Source: Stegostoma tigrinum (Eukaryota). From it: 64,000 nt of DNA. Position numbers and translations under genes: made by a program. Every line of letters begins with the position of its first letter. The first letter of the stretch is position 1. Below are positions 26,018-39,319 of the stretch, one piece after another. The notes beneath the pieces are model-generated. The model did no database searches, was not told the origin of the DNA, and was given only the letters and a program-made list of their open reading frames with translations. The DNA lies in contig NC_081354.1 in assembly GCF_030684315.1 (NCBI RefSeq), forward strand, positions 133,153,314-133,217,313, written 5' to 3'.

Positions 26018-26388
26018 TCCAAGTCCATTGGTAGCTTGCTGCTTTCACTGCATGAAGCTTATTACTGTCTGCAATTTTGAATCATTTCCTGTATCTTCCC
26101 ACCCAAGTTACAGATAAAAGCTAGTGATCTTCGAAGGCACAGTCCATTACTGCCCATCGATTGATATCTTATCATTCTAATATTGTTTCCTACCTTGCAG
26201 TATTTTGTTAAATCTGAACTGTAAAGCCTTCTTGCAATTACATTACTTCAGTTTTAGCTAGGCTATTTATGCTGTCGCCAAAAGTTTCATTAAATGAGCT
26301 TTTAAATCACCTTTCCCCACTGTTTACTATGTACAATTGCTTACAAACTGAAAATTGGATAATTTTTGTAAATTCTTTACCTTTGTAG

Positions 26389-26547
<159 letters not shown>

Positions 26548-26600
26548 TGAATGAAGCGCAAGCATGTGTACTCATGCATTGTAATAACTTAATCATTTGA

Positions 26601-26768
<168 letters not shown>

Positions 26769-26879
26769 TAGTAACAGCTTTAATTGTTCAATTTTCTACA
26801 ACGTAGCATAATGAGAAACGAGAAGTAGTTGAATATTTAGATTCTGTTTCTGCAGTCACAGCAAAGTTTGGTTCCTTGT

Positions 26880-27155
26880 GAATGGCAATAGCCTGGTAGT
26901 ATTATTGCTAGACAATAAATCCAGTAATCCCTGTAATGTTCTGGGGTTCAAAACCTGCCATAGCAGATGGAATTTGAATTCAGTTTGAATCTGGAATTAG
27001 GGGTCTGATGATGACCACAAAACCATTTGTTGATTGTTGGGAAAACCCATCTGCTTTACTGATGCCCTTTTAGAGAAAGAAACTGTTGTCCTTACCTGTA
27101 GCTTGTGTGTGACGTCAAATCCACAGCAATGTGGTTGATTCTAAACTGCTCTGTT
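26880..27155 (+). mobile_element. SINE family B
   Basis: ggggttcaaaacc (B-box-like), gaatttgaattc, gaaaacccatctg, ccacagcaatgtggttgattct. Confidence 0.65.
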
Positions 27156-29635
27156 GTTTTGGTTTTCTTATTGTACTCATTAACCACTTTCTGCCTATGT
27201 CTATCTGGTTTTACTTCTTTCACTTTTTTAAAAAAATTAAACTCTTCATTCCCTTAGTTCCCATGAAAGTAACCCCAGTTTTTAAAATTCTTTTATGATT
27301 AAAACATCTCTTGTGCAGTAACTATATACTGTTCTTCATAACTTCAAAATTTATTTGTAACGTATATGTTACAAAGGTAAGATATGCTTTTTTTCGTTGG
27401 ATGACCCAGATTGAGATTTGAATATTCAAGGATAATTGTCACCTGGGAAGCATAAGAAAAAATAAAAATGGTGTAACACTCTTGATCAGAGATGCCATTG
27501 ATGTTAGTTTTGTGTGAAGTTAAACAGCAAGCGACAGCCAATATTGCTGGTAAATGTTTACAGGCTGCCAAACGATAGTGGTAATGTGGACATGATATAA
27601 ATTGAAATTAGACATGTGTGTAGATGTATGTAGCATAAGTCATATAATAATGGCTGGTGACTTCTATTTAGTCTGGGTAAACCTAATTAACACTGCTCAT
27701 GCTGTGGAGAATGAATTCTTGAACTGTGTACAAGATGTGTTTCTGGAGCAGTGTTTTGAAGAATTAACTAGGGAATTGTGCTATTTTAGATTTAATGAAG
27801 TATAATTCGCAAAGGATGATTAATAACCTTGCTGTAAAAGGAGTCTTTGGGAAATGGTGACCAACAATAATGATTGTAAGTAATCGTATAAAGATGGAGG
27901 TTCACCAGACTTGACCCTGGGATTGAGGAAAATGGGCACATTCTTCTAACTCAATTTTATTGAGTTATTGGTGATTTCATTGAAACTTGGTGTGACGAGG
28001 TGAACGTACCTTCCCTGGCTGGTGAGTCCAGAACTGGGTGATCTCGAGAAAGAGTCTTAGAAAAAGAGGCAGGCTATTTGACAATTGGCTGAAGAGGAAT
28101 TTCTTCACTCTCAAGGTACTGAACCTTTGGAATTCTCTGCTGTAGAGGGCTATGGGAGGTCAGTAATTTATTTTTAATTCATTTATGGGATATGGACGTT
28201 GCTGGTTGACCAGCATTTATTGCCCATCCCTAACTGCTGTTGAGAAGGTGGTGGTGAGCTGCCGCCTTGAATTGCTGCACTCTACCTGCTGTAGATCGAC
28301 CAACAATGCTGTGAGGGAGAGATTTCCAGGACTTTGATCCAGTGACCATGAAAGAACGATGATATTTTTCTAAGTCAGCATGGTGAGTGGCTTGGAAGGT
28401 GGTGGTGTTTCCATGTATGTGCTGCACTCATCCTTCTAGATGGAAGTGGTTATGGGTTTTGATGGTGCTGTCTGAGGATCATTGGTGAATTTCTGCCATG
28501 CATCTTATCAGTAGTACCCTTCTAATAGTACACCTGGTGGAGCGAGTGGATGCTTGTGGATGTGGCCCCAGTCAAGTGACTTACTTTGTCCTGGATGGTG
28601 TTAAGCTGCTTGAGCGTTGTTGAGGCTGCACTCATCGAGGCATGTGGGGAGTATTCCATCACACTCCTGACTTGTGCCTTGTAGATGGTGGACAGGCATT
28701 GGGGAGTCAGAAGGTGAGTTACTCACCACGGTATTCCTAGCCGTTGTTTGTGTGGTGAGTTCATTTGAGTTTCTGGTCAATCCCCAGGATGTTGATCGTG
28801 AGGGATTCAGTGATGGTAACTCCATTGACTGTCAAGGAGTGGTGGTGGTCATAGCCTGGCATTTGTGTGGCATGAATATGACTTGCCACTTGTCAGCCCA
28901 AGCCTGAATATTGTTGCATTTGAACAACTGCAGCAGTATCTGAGGAGTCACAAATGTCGCTGAACATTGTGCAGTCAGTAGTGAACATCTGTACTTCTGA
29001 CTTATGGAGGGAAGGTCATTAATGAAGCAGCTGAAGATAGTTGGACCTAGGCCCATACCTTTTAGGAGCTCCTGCAGAGTTGTTCTGGAGCTGGCTTGAC
29101 CATGAGTAACCATGACCATCTTCCTATGTGTCAGGTATGACTCCAACTGCCTAATGGTTTGCCCCCGATACCCTTCTCTAGGGTCCTTGATGCCACACTC
29201 TGGTCGAGTGCAGTCTTGATGTCAAGGACTGCTGCTCACTTCATCTCTGAAATTCAGCTCTTTTGCCCATGTTTGAACCAAGGCTGTAGTGAGGTCAGGA
29301 GCTCAGTTGCCCGGGCAGTGCTGAGCAGGTGCTATTTGATAGCATGATCGACACCTTCCATCATTTTACTGATCATCTACAGTAGACTAATGGGGCGTTA
29401 GTTGGATTTGTCTTGATTTTTATATACAGGATTTATGTGGGCAATTTTCCATGTTGGAAGATGCCAGCGTTGTAACCGTACTGTGACAGATTGGTTAGGG
29501 GAGCAGCAAGTTCTGGAGTGCAAGTCTTCAGTACTCTTGCCAGAATGTTTTTGGGATCTGTAGCCTTCGTAGTATTCAGTGTCTCCAGCTGTTTCTGAAT
29601 GTCACATGGAATGAATCAAATTGATGAAAGACTGG

Positions 29636-29765
29636 AGACATTAAGGACTGCAGATGTTGAAAGCCAGAGTCTTTTAGGTTGTGAGGCTGGAAAAGCACAG
29701 CAGGTCATACAGTATCCAAGGAGCAGGGAAATCATTGTTACATGCTGAAACCCTTTGTCAGGACT
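29636..29765 (-). mobile_element. Short PLE-tail insertion (degenerate hammerhead) inside LINE B
   Basis: ggactgcagatgttg...ctggaaaagcacagcaggtca...gagcaggg...ccctttgtcagg is the antisense PLE tail. Confidence 0.65.
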
Positions 29766-29829
29766 GAGACGGGTGTCTGTAATGCTGGGGACCACTGGAG
29801 GATGACGAGATGGATCACCCACTTGGTAC

Positions 29830-31125
29830 TTAGAATCGTAGAGTCCTGTAGCATGGAGACGGGTCCTATGGCCCAAACTGGTCTGTGCTAACCAAAATGT
29901 CCATCCACGTGAAGCCCATCTCCTTGCACATGGCCCTTATCCTTCTAAACCTTTCCTATCTATGTATTTGTCCAAATGCCTTTTAAATGGTGTTAATGTA
30001 CCAGCCTCGACGACTTCGGCTGGCAGCTCATTCCATATGCGTACCACCTTCTGGGTTTAAAAAAAAAAGTTGCCCCTCAGGTTTCCATGTATTCTTTCCC
30101 CTCTTAACTGATGCCCTGTAGTACTCGATTCCTCATTCTTGGGGGGGAAAGACTGAGTGCATTCACCCTATCCATGCATCACATGACCTTATACGCTTCT
30201 ATAAGATCTCCTGCCAATTTCCTACATTCTTAAAATAAAAAGTCCTAGCTTGTCCACCCTCTCCCTTTAATTCAGTCCCTTGAGTCCTGACAACATCCTC
30301 GTAAATTTCTTCTGCACTCTTTCCAATCTAATATCATCTTTCCTATAGCAAGGTGACCAAGACTGAACTCAGTACTCCAAGTGCAGCCTCACCAACATGT
30401 ACAATTGCATCATAACTTCCCAACTTCTATAATCTATATCCCGACTGATGAAGGCCATTGGGTCAAGAACTGCCTTCATTGCCCTGCCTACCTGTGACCC
30501 TGCTTTCAGAGAACCGTGCACCTGAACTCCAAGGTCCCTCTGTTCCACTATACTCAAGACCCTATCATTCACCATGAAACTTCTACCTTTTGATTTGACT
30601 TTCCAAAATGCAACACTTATCCACATTAAACACCACTTGCCATTTCTTGGGCCACCTCCCCAACTGCTCAAGATACTGCTGCAATTCCTGATGATATTCC
30701 TTACTGTCCACAATACCGTGTATTTCATTATTGTCATCCAGATCATTGGTATAGATAAACTGCAATGGGCCTAGCACCGACCTCTGAGACACACTACTGG
30801 TCACAGGCCTCCAGTTAGACAAGCATCCTTCCGTTATTACCCTCTGCTTCCTACTGTTGAGCCAATTGTGTGTCCAATTTGCTAGCTCTCCCTGGATTCC
30901 ACGTGGACCCTTATAAAAGGTCTTACTGAAATCCATATGGACTACGTCTACTACCCTGCCCTCATCAACCTTCCTGGTCACTTCATCAAAGACCTCTTTT
31001 TAAGGCCTAATTTGTAAGGCATGATCTCTCGTGCACAAAGGATTGCTGACTACTCCTGATCAAACCCTGTCTTTCCAAATGCCTGTATATCTTATCCCTC
31101 AGAATCTTCTCAATTAACTTATCTA
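29830..31125 (-). mobile_element. CR1-type LINE 3' portion nested in LINE B
   Basis: VDVVHMDFSKTF...WRPVTSSVSQRSVLGP...LVRLHLEY and a CR1 3' tail at 29830. Confidence 0.85.
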
Positions 31126-31715
31126 CCACGAGTGTTAAGCATGCTGAAGATTGCTGCAAAAGCTTCAGCCTTATCTTTTTGCACTGTGTTGAGTTCTTCC
31201 ATCATTGAGGATGGGGGTATTTGTAGAGCCGCTTCCTCCAGTGGGTTGTTTAATTGTCCACCATTATTCATGTCTGGATGTGGCAGGACTGCAGAGCTTA
31301 GATCTGATCAATTGGTTGTGGGATTGTTTAGCTCTGCCTGTCACTTGCTGCTTGTGCTGTTTGGCATTCAAGGGTTCCTGTTCGGTGGTTTCACTAGGGT
31401 GATACCTCATTTCAAGTATGTTTGCTGCTCGTGGCATGCTCTCCTGCACTCTCCGTTGAACCAAGGTTGATCCCCTGGTCAAGTGGGGATATGCCGGGCC
31501 GTGAGGTTACAGATTGAGCTGGAGTGCGGTTCTGCTGTTGATGGCCCACAGTGCCTCATGGATGCCCAGTCTTTAGTTGCTGGGTCTGTTCGAAGTCAGA
31601 CCATTTAGCACGGTGATAGTGCCCACCCAACGCCATAGATAGTATTCTCCATGTGAAGGAGGGACTTCGTCTCCACAAGGACTGTACGGTGGTTGCTCTC
31701 ACCGATGCGACGATG

Positions 31716-32070
31716 GGGCGGCACGGGGCTCAGTGGTTAGCACTGCAGCCTCACAGCGCCAGGGACCCAGGTTCGATNNNNNNNNNNNNNNNNNNNNNNN
31801 NNNNNNNNNNNNNNNNNNNNNNNNNNNNNNNNNNNNNNNNNNNNNNNNNNNNNNNNNNNNNNNNNNNNNNNNNNNNNNNNNNNNNNNNNNNNNNNNNNNN
31901 NNNNNNNNNNNNNNNNNNNNNNNNNNTAGGTGGATTGGCCATGCTACATTGCCCGTAGTGTTCAGGGGTGAGTGGGTTATAGGTGTATGCGTCTGGGTGC
32001 GATTCTTCAAGGGGCGGTGTGGACTTGTTGGGCTGAAGGGCCTGTTTCCACACTGTAGGGAGTCTAATCT
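31716..32070 (+). mobile_element. HE1-like V-SINE containing an assembly gap (N at 31778-31926)
   Basis: ggcacggggctcagtggttagcactgcagcctcacagcgccagggacccaggttcgat (A/B boxes); the 3' half matches 58429-58577. Confidence 0.85.
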
Positions 32071-32699
32071 TTAAAAAAGAAAGGTGCATCTGTAACTGGC
32101 AGACTGGTAAGGATACGATCAAGTATGTTTTTCCTTCTCGTTTGTTCCCTCACTACCTTAAACAGACCCGGTCTAGCAGCTGTGTCCTTTTGGACCTGAC
32201 CAGCTTGATCAGTAGTACTGTCGCAGTACCACTCTTGGTGGTTGACATTTAAATCCCCCACCCAGAGTACATTTTGTGCCCTTGTCTCCAACATGGAGGA
32301 GGACTACTTCTTCGTCAGCTGAGGGAGGGCAGTAATGTGCATGAGGTTTCCTCGTCAATGTTTAATGTGAAGCCACAACACTTCCTAGGCACTGGAGCCT
32401 ATGCTGAGGACTCCCAGGGCAATTCCCTCCTGATTTGTATACCACCACCTCTGCTCGGTCTGTTCTGCTGGTGGGACAGGACATATCCAAGGATGATGGT
32501 GGTGGTGTCATCTAGTATGTTGTCTAAGGTAGGATTTTGTGTGGCTATGTGAGGCTGTTGCTTGACTAGCCTGTGAGACAGCTCTCCCAATTTTGGCAGT
32601 ACCCCCCATATGTTACTAAGGAGCAGGGTCAACAGGACTTTTGCTGCTGTTGTCTTTTCCGATGCCAGGTGATTCATCTGGTTTCATTTCTTAGAGACT

Positions 32700-33035
32700 T
32701 TGCAGCACTTGACATAACTTAATGACTTACTTGGCTATTTTAGAGGGCAATTGAGAGTCGTATACATTGCTGTAGGTCTGGATTCACATGTAGGCCAGAC
32801 CATGGCAGATTTTCTTCTCTGAATGACATCAGTGAACTAGGTGGGTTTTTCTGATAATCGACAATGATTTCGTGGTCATCAGTAGATTCTTAATTCCAGA
32901 TTTTAAAAAAAAAATTACTGAATTCAAATGCCACTGCCTGCTGTGGCAGGATTCAAACTAGGTCCCAGCACATTAGCTGAGTTTCTGGATTAAAAGTTTA
33001 GCGATAATATTAGTTAGGCAATTGCCTTCCCTTGG
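32700..33035 (-). mobile_element. SINE family B
   Basis: Antisense of the 26880-27155 motifs (ttaattccaga, gaattcaaat, ggattcaaac, ctggatt). Confidence 0.65.
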
Positions 33036-33252
33036 TTGAACATGTTCAAGACAGAAATTAATGGACTTCTGGATACTACTGACCTCATGGGTTACATAGG
33101 AAGTGTGGGTGAGGTGATGTTGCTTAGATAAGCAATCATGATCTAATTGAGTGCTAGAACTGGCTCAATGAGCTAAATAGGCAGCTCGTTTTCTTAAGTT
33201 CTCTTCAGGTGGAAGGATATTAAAACTTTGAAGTGTAAGCTGAAGTGCATAG

Positions 33253-33462
<210 letters not shown>

Positions 33463-33545
33463 TAATGAAGTTGGATAGCCATTTTTGTAATTGAGCTAAC
33501 TCAAAATATTTATACAATGCAAGTTGATACATTGTTTATTTATAG

Positions 33546-33674
<129 letters not shown>

Positions 33675-34340
33675 TGACTTCAGGTCTTTGAAATGTGTGC
33701 TAAATTTACTAGTCTGCAATAGAGATGACATAATTTTGTAACTCTCAAATCATATTCTACCAAATCAGTAATTTATTATATTGAAAGTTCAGACTAGACT
33801 TCATTAATATTGGTGATGCAAATTGATTATTTTTACCTTCCTTTTGTCTACACCTCTAACAATACACAATCTTGCTGGAATCTAGATTCATAAGGACCCA
33901 ATGTCCTTCTGCTAATTAGTCCAACAGACTTTCCTAGTATTAAGTTCAGGCACTCATTGTATTTTGGATATTTGTTGCCCATACTTGTGGACACATCTTT
34001 CAGCATAAATCATTGGACTGCAATTTGGAGCAGGAATCCAGGTGGTATTTTTTTTCTTCCCCTTTCCTGCTGTGTCAAGTTGTAGTGACACAACTGAAAT
34101 GAATTAATTTAGCTTAAACTAGCAATGACCCTGGAACTACCTAATCTTTTTGGTTTACTGTCATGCTAGTTAGTATCTTTCTCATGTGTTGAGTCTTACT
34201 GAATTATCAAATTCATTTCCAATTGAGCTTGTGTACTAAATTATTTTCTCAAGGGCCATTGCTGCTTTTATACTTTACCCGATATTGCCTATTTCATGAA
34301 CGACTATTTGAAACATAATGTAATGCAAATTTGTTTTTAA

Positions 34341-34667
<327 letters not shown>

Positions 34668-36304
34668 TAAGTAAAATGCATTGAAATTTTGCATGTTGAT
34701 GACTTTAAAATTTGTCACTTTTCAGTTTCTGGCCTTTCCAGCATGACTATCTTTTGTATTTGTACTCTCGCTTGATTGTTCTTAAAAGTAAATCAATAGA
34801 TTGTTTCTTAGTGTATAATGGACAACTTAAGAAGGCTCCCTCAAATTAAGGAAGCACTACTCATCAGGTTAAGGACAATAGTTAAACCAAAATGGCATGT
34901 GGTTTGGCTATTATTGAAGTCCCTTAAAATTGTTGAGTGTCATGACTTAGTACAGTACTCTACCATTAGATATGTTAGGTGCAGTTCAGAGAATGTTCAC
35001 TCCAGTAGTGCCTGGGATGGGAAGTTTTAGTTTGAGGTATGTTTGAACATGTTAAACTTATATTCCACTGGAATTTAGAAGAACGAGATGTGATCTTTTT
35101 GAAATATATAAGATCCTGCAGGGATTAAACAAGTGAGCATCATGGAATATTTATCCTTTTATGGGAGGGACTGCAACTAAGACACACAGCTTTAAAAATA
35201 AGGGGTTGCCCATTTTAAGAAGAAAATGAGAATTTGTTCCAAAGAGCACTGGAGGCACAGCCATTGAATATATTTTTAAGGTAGAAATATCCTTGACTAG
35301 CAAGGACTCCAGATTATCTGAGGTAGGTTGGAATTGGAGTTGAGGCAACAATTGGATCAGCCACAAATGTTATTAAATGGAGGAACAGGCTTGAAGGGCC
35401 AAATGGCCTACTCCTATTCCTAATTTACGTGCTTGCCTCTACCCCTGTGTAGGAGGAGAAGTCTCTGCTGCATGGTGCTGAGTAATAGCATTCTGGACCC
35501 AGACAGGACACCAGGGAGAGGAAGCAGTGATAAGTGGGAATTGCCTGTCTAGAAAATCCTCCTAAGCAGAGTGTTATTGAACTAATACTTAGCAAAAGAC
35601 GGATCATTCTGAGGCAGAGGCTCCCTGAGGATGTTTGATCTGAGCCTCCTCCAAATCAGATGAGAAAGGTGGTATGTGCTTAAGTTGCATCAAAGCAGTA
35701 GAAGTAGTCATGGCTACGTGTGACTTGGCTCTTGTTTTAATAATTTTAGTAATTTTTGATAATGTAGGTATCCATGCTTTTTTGCTTGTGATTTAAGTTC
35801 TTCAGTTGTTTTTAAAAACATCAAATCTCTCTCTCAGCTGCCCAGTTGTCTAACCACAGAGTTAAGGATGCCTTCAGACTCTTCTGAAGCACAGAATTAA
35901 TAGCTAGCAGCAGCTGCCTAAAGCATGACCAGTAATACAAAAAGAAAGAGACGTGGTCTATGCAACCTTGTGGAGTTAGCAAGGATCCCAGGAACACAGG
36001 ACCTCAAAGTTTGTGTTAGAGCAGTTTAGTTAATGGCTCGAGATGATGCAAGGGGGAGGGCTTTTGAACTGGTCCTGGATCAGTTAAGTTCTGTGGATCT
36101 TGTGGGGTGATTGGTGTTATTCAGGAGAGTTGAAACTTGCTGAGCAGGATGCGAAATAGGATGTAACACTGGAAAGAAAAAAGTAAGGTGCGGAAAGGAT
36201 TAGGAGAGATAAATAGCAGTAGACTTTAAAAAAGGAGTAAGACATTAAGTGGAACCAGACTAAGAGAGAGTGCAATTAAATCTCATATTTGTTTGGCAAT
36301 AAAG

Positions 36305-36560
36305 AAATAGTGTTTTTGATAAAAGACACATTTTGTCAAAGCTTTTCATCTAGCGCTCATCAGGACAATTTGCAAGATATATCAAAGTAAAGAGAAAGCA
36401 ACATTTTTACTGTACAAGAGAGTCCAGATTGATTGGCAAGTGGTCTGTGATAGAGGTGTTGCTACAGAGAATGCACAGATTGATGATGGATGGTTAACTA
36501 CAAAGCTTTGTTTAAATTTTTAAACAAGGAAGTTTGACTCAGTCAGAGTATTTCTGGAAT
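36305..36560 (-). mobile_element. ~250-bp non-coding repeat (family C) ending in a minimal hammerhead motif
   Basis: Minus strand 36368->36333: TTGTC-CTGATGA-GCGCTAGAT-GAAA-AGCTTT-GACAA. Homologous to 37620-37850 in opposite orientation. Confidence 0.65.
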
Positions 36561-36629
36561 GGTAGTACCACGTAGTCAGGAGGTAAAAAGGTGTGTGTGT
36601 GAGGGTAGGGGAGAAAATGAAATAATTAC

Positions 36630-37615
36630 TAGACAAAATGAAAGGAAACTAATGAGGCTAAAGGCAATAAGTCCCCTGATTGCAAGCATGCTCAATTATT
36701 AAAGTAAGTATCTACATAGATGGTGGATTTACTGTAAATAACCTTACAAGAATAGTTTGATTCTGGAAACCTGCCAATATAATGATTCAAAAAGAAAAGG
36801 GGACAAAAGAGCAGATAACTGTAGGCTAATTGGCTTAACAACTAGTATTGAAAAAAATTATAGATAATTATATTATAAAAGATTAATAGCAGAGCATTTA
36901 GAAACAAACAGTATAATCGTGCATAGCCCATATGATTTCATGAAGATCAAATCATGCTTGATAAATTTATTAAAATTGTTTAGGAAGTTATTCAGCAGGA
37001 TAGATAAAGAAGAACCAATAAATTTGTTATATTTGGATTTCTTAAGAACTTTTGATAAGGTACCACATACAAGGCTGCTTAATGAAGTAAGATCCTGTGC
37101 TACTGTGCATGGTATTTTGGAATGGGCGTGGACTGGCTAACAAACAGAAGTTTGGGATAAAGAGGGGGCATTTCAGTTGAAAACCTGTGACTAGTGAGGT
37201 GCCATAGGGATCAGTGCAAGGGCTACAAAGTTTACAATATATAAATTAATACCTTGAATGAATGAATGAAGGAAATAAATATGCATTTACCAAGTTTGTG
37301 GATAAGGTCAGGGGAGCCAAGTGGTGAAGCTGACAGTGCACAGAGGCATGTAGGCCAGTTAAGTGAGTTAGAAAAAACTTGACAGACGAAATATAATGTG
37401 GTGAATTGTGATGTTATGCATTTAGTCAGGAAGAATAGAGGACCTGAACATTACTTAAATGGAGAAAGACTGCAGAAAACTGAAGTACAGAGGAATTTGG
37501 TGTCATCTGGCATAAATCATGAAAGATCTCTCATCTGAGCTTGATGCGAAGTCAAATGGAATAACTTAGGTGGAGCAGACACAGTGGGTTCAATGGCCTA
37601 CTACTGCTGCTATGT
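36630..37615 (+). mobile_element. Decayed CR1-type LINE RT fragment
   Basis: KSCLINLL...LLYLDFLRTFDKVPH, followed by WQ/GERL-like remnants. Confidence 0.75.
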
Positions 37616-37619
37616 CAAG

Positions 37620-37850
37620 GACTCCATTATTTTGGGCAATGCCCTGACCAATCGGAGTCACCTTACCTTGATAGCAAACTTTCAGTTATCGCTAATTTGT
37701 GTATTCTCTCTGGTAATGATCTACCAATCAGACCCCACTTGCCAACAAGTTGGCACTGTGCTTCCGTATACTATGAGTTGTTTTCCTTTTACTTTAGTAA
37801 TTTTTATGAATTGTCCTGATGAATGTGAAATGTGTATTCTTCTCAACAGT
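37620..37850 (+). mobile_element. Family C repeat, second copy (hammerhead 3' half deleted)
   Basis: Shares tgtg(c/t)attctct, ccacttgccaa, tttacttt and aattgtcctgatga with the reverse complement of 36305-36560. Confidence 0.65.
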
Positions 37851-39319
37851 AAAATGTAAATTAAATCAACTCTGTACATATATGTATGTGAGTTCATGGG
37901 GTGTGGTAAAAGTGTTGGTGGGCTGTAGGTACAAGCAATCTTGTTTTAAAAAAAAATGATGTGTTGGCAGTAAATCGAGACCTAATCCAAGAATGGATAG
38001 GACTGGGTTTTAAGGGCTCTTGAGTACATGTTGCTTAGGAAAGGTAAGGAAAGGAGGACTGATAATGCTGATTAAAGAAAATACTATGGTGTTGGAGCAT
38101 GAAACATAGAAAATTGGAGCAGACCATTCATCCCTTCGAGCTTGTGCAGCCATTCAATAAGATTATATCTAATCATCCAAGCTACTATCCTGTTCCTGCT
38201 TTCTCCCTGTACCCTATGATCCCCTTAGCCCCGAGAACTATATCTATCTTGTTCTTGAAAGCTTTCAATGTTCTGGCCTTCACCACTTTCAGTGGTAGAG
38301 AATTCCACAGGCTCATCATTCTGAAGAAATTTCTCCTCTTGGTCCTGACATTCCAATCAAGAAACTGGTTTCCTTCGTAACTGATGTATTAAGCATGGCA
38401 TGTGGCTCAAGTGCAGACTATGCATTTTGCAAAAATGGCTCTGATTTTCCTCTCTTTTACCAATAGCTACTAAATCCACTAGTAAACATTACCTGTTGCA
38501 GTTATGGATTCTCATGTAATGAAGGTTATTGTTAATGTTGTATTGTTGTAATGTTGATTTGAGTAAAAACCTTTTGTGCACCACCTTAAAAGGTTAATCA
38601 AACTTGGTACTCCCTACTGTGAATTATGCTGAGGTAGGATGGTTACGTTGAAGGAATATCCTGTAAAGTTTTTATACCCTGAAATTGTCATTTTCCTTAA
38701 ATCGAGGAATTGGCAAGCTATCAGACAGCACATGGTTGCTCGACTTTGTCACTGCAGAAGGAACCCAAAACCAAGCTAAACAGTGAAGTGTTGGGAATGA
38801 GCAGAGACTTCACGCATTTGATCAGCATTGTGAATGCATTCAAATTGAAATTGGGCCTGAAATTGCCCAATTATAAACTAAAATGCCGCAACTCTTCCCA
38901 AGTCTGGAAAGAATGTTGAGAAAACAAAAATCAAGAGTAAAGATAAGTGTTTCTACATAGAAAACTCTGTTTACCCGAGGAGGTTAGTGGAGGAATTGAA
39001 CAGGCAGTTGCAGGAATTAGGTGTGACGATACAGATTGTCATGTTCATCTGAAATCTGTTAGTTCAAGGAAGTATTGGTGGGTTGGCTACCAAATTCCAT
39101 CAGGTATTGATTTGGAACACAATGGAATTTATATCATGATAATGCAAAATGATATTGAGCTGTAATGATATTGAAAGTCCAATCGTAGCGCAACAATTTT
39201 TGGGGACTTGTCAGCAGAGAACAGTATCCACTACTTTTTATGCATGTGCTTTTAAAGTGAAAGCTTACTTTGACTTGCATACCTCAGTAACATGGTGTTC
39301 TTCCAAGTAAAGATCATGG

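Larger units (their letters stand above)
28170..32690 (-). mobile_element. LINE family B, near full-length ORF2, fragmented by three nested insertions
   Basis: Minus strand: LLLSNIWG..KLGEL (APE N-terminus, ~32600), LWVGDLNVNHQEW, NILDRILT, ESYLTHRKMVMV...LGPTIFSCFINDLPS (RT), and tail gggcaataaatgctgg near 28210. Confidence 0.8.

Noticed and set aside
31716-31777. tRNA gene (also 58263-58330 and 16320-16385)
   Set aside because: The tRNA-like A/B boxes run directly into the V-SINE body; these are SINE heads.
31778-31926. 149-N gap hiding unknown sequence
   Set aside because: Both sides are the head and tail of one V-SINE; by comparison with 58263-58577 about 105 nt of SINE body is expected.
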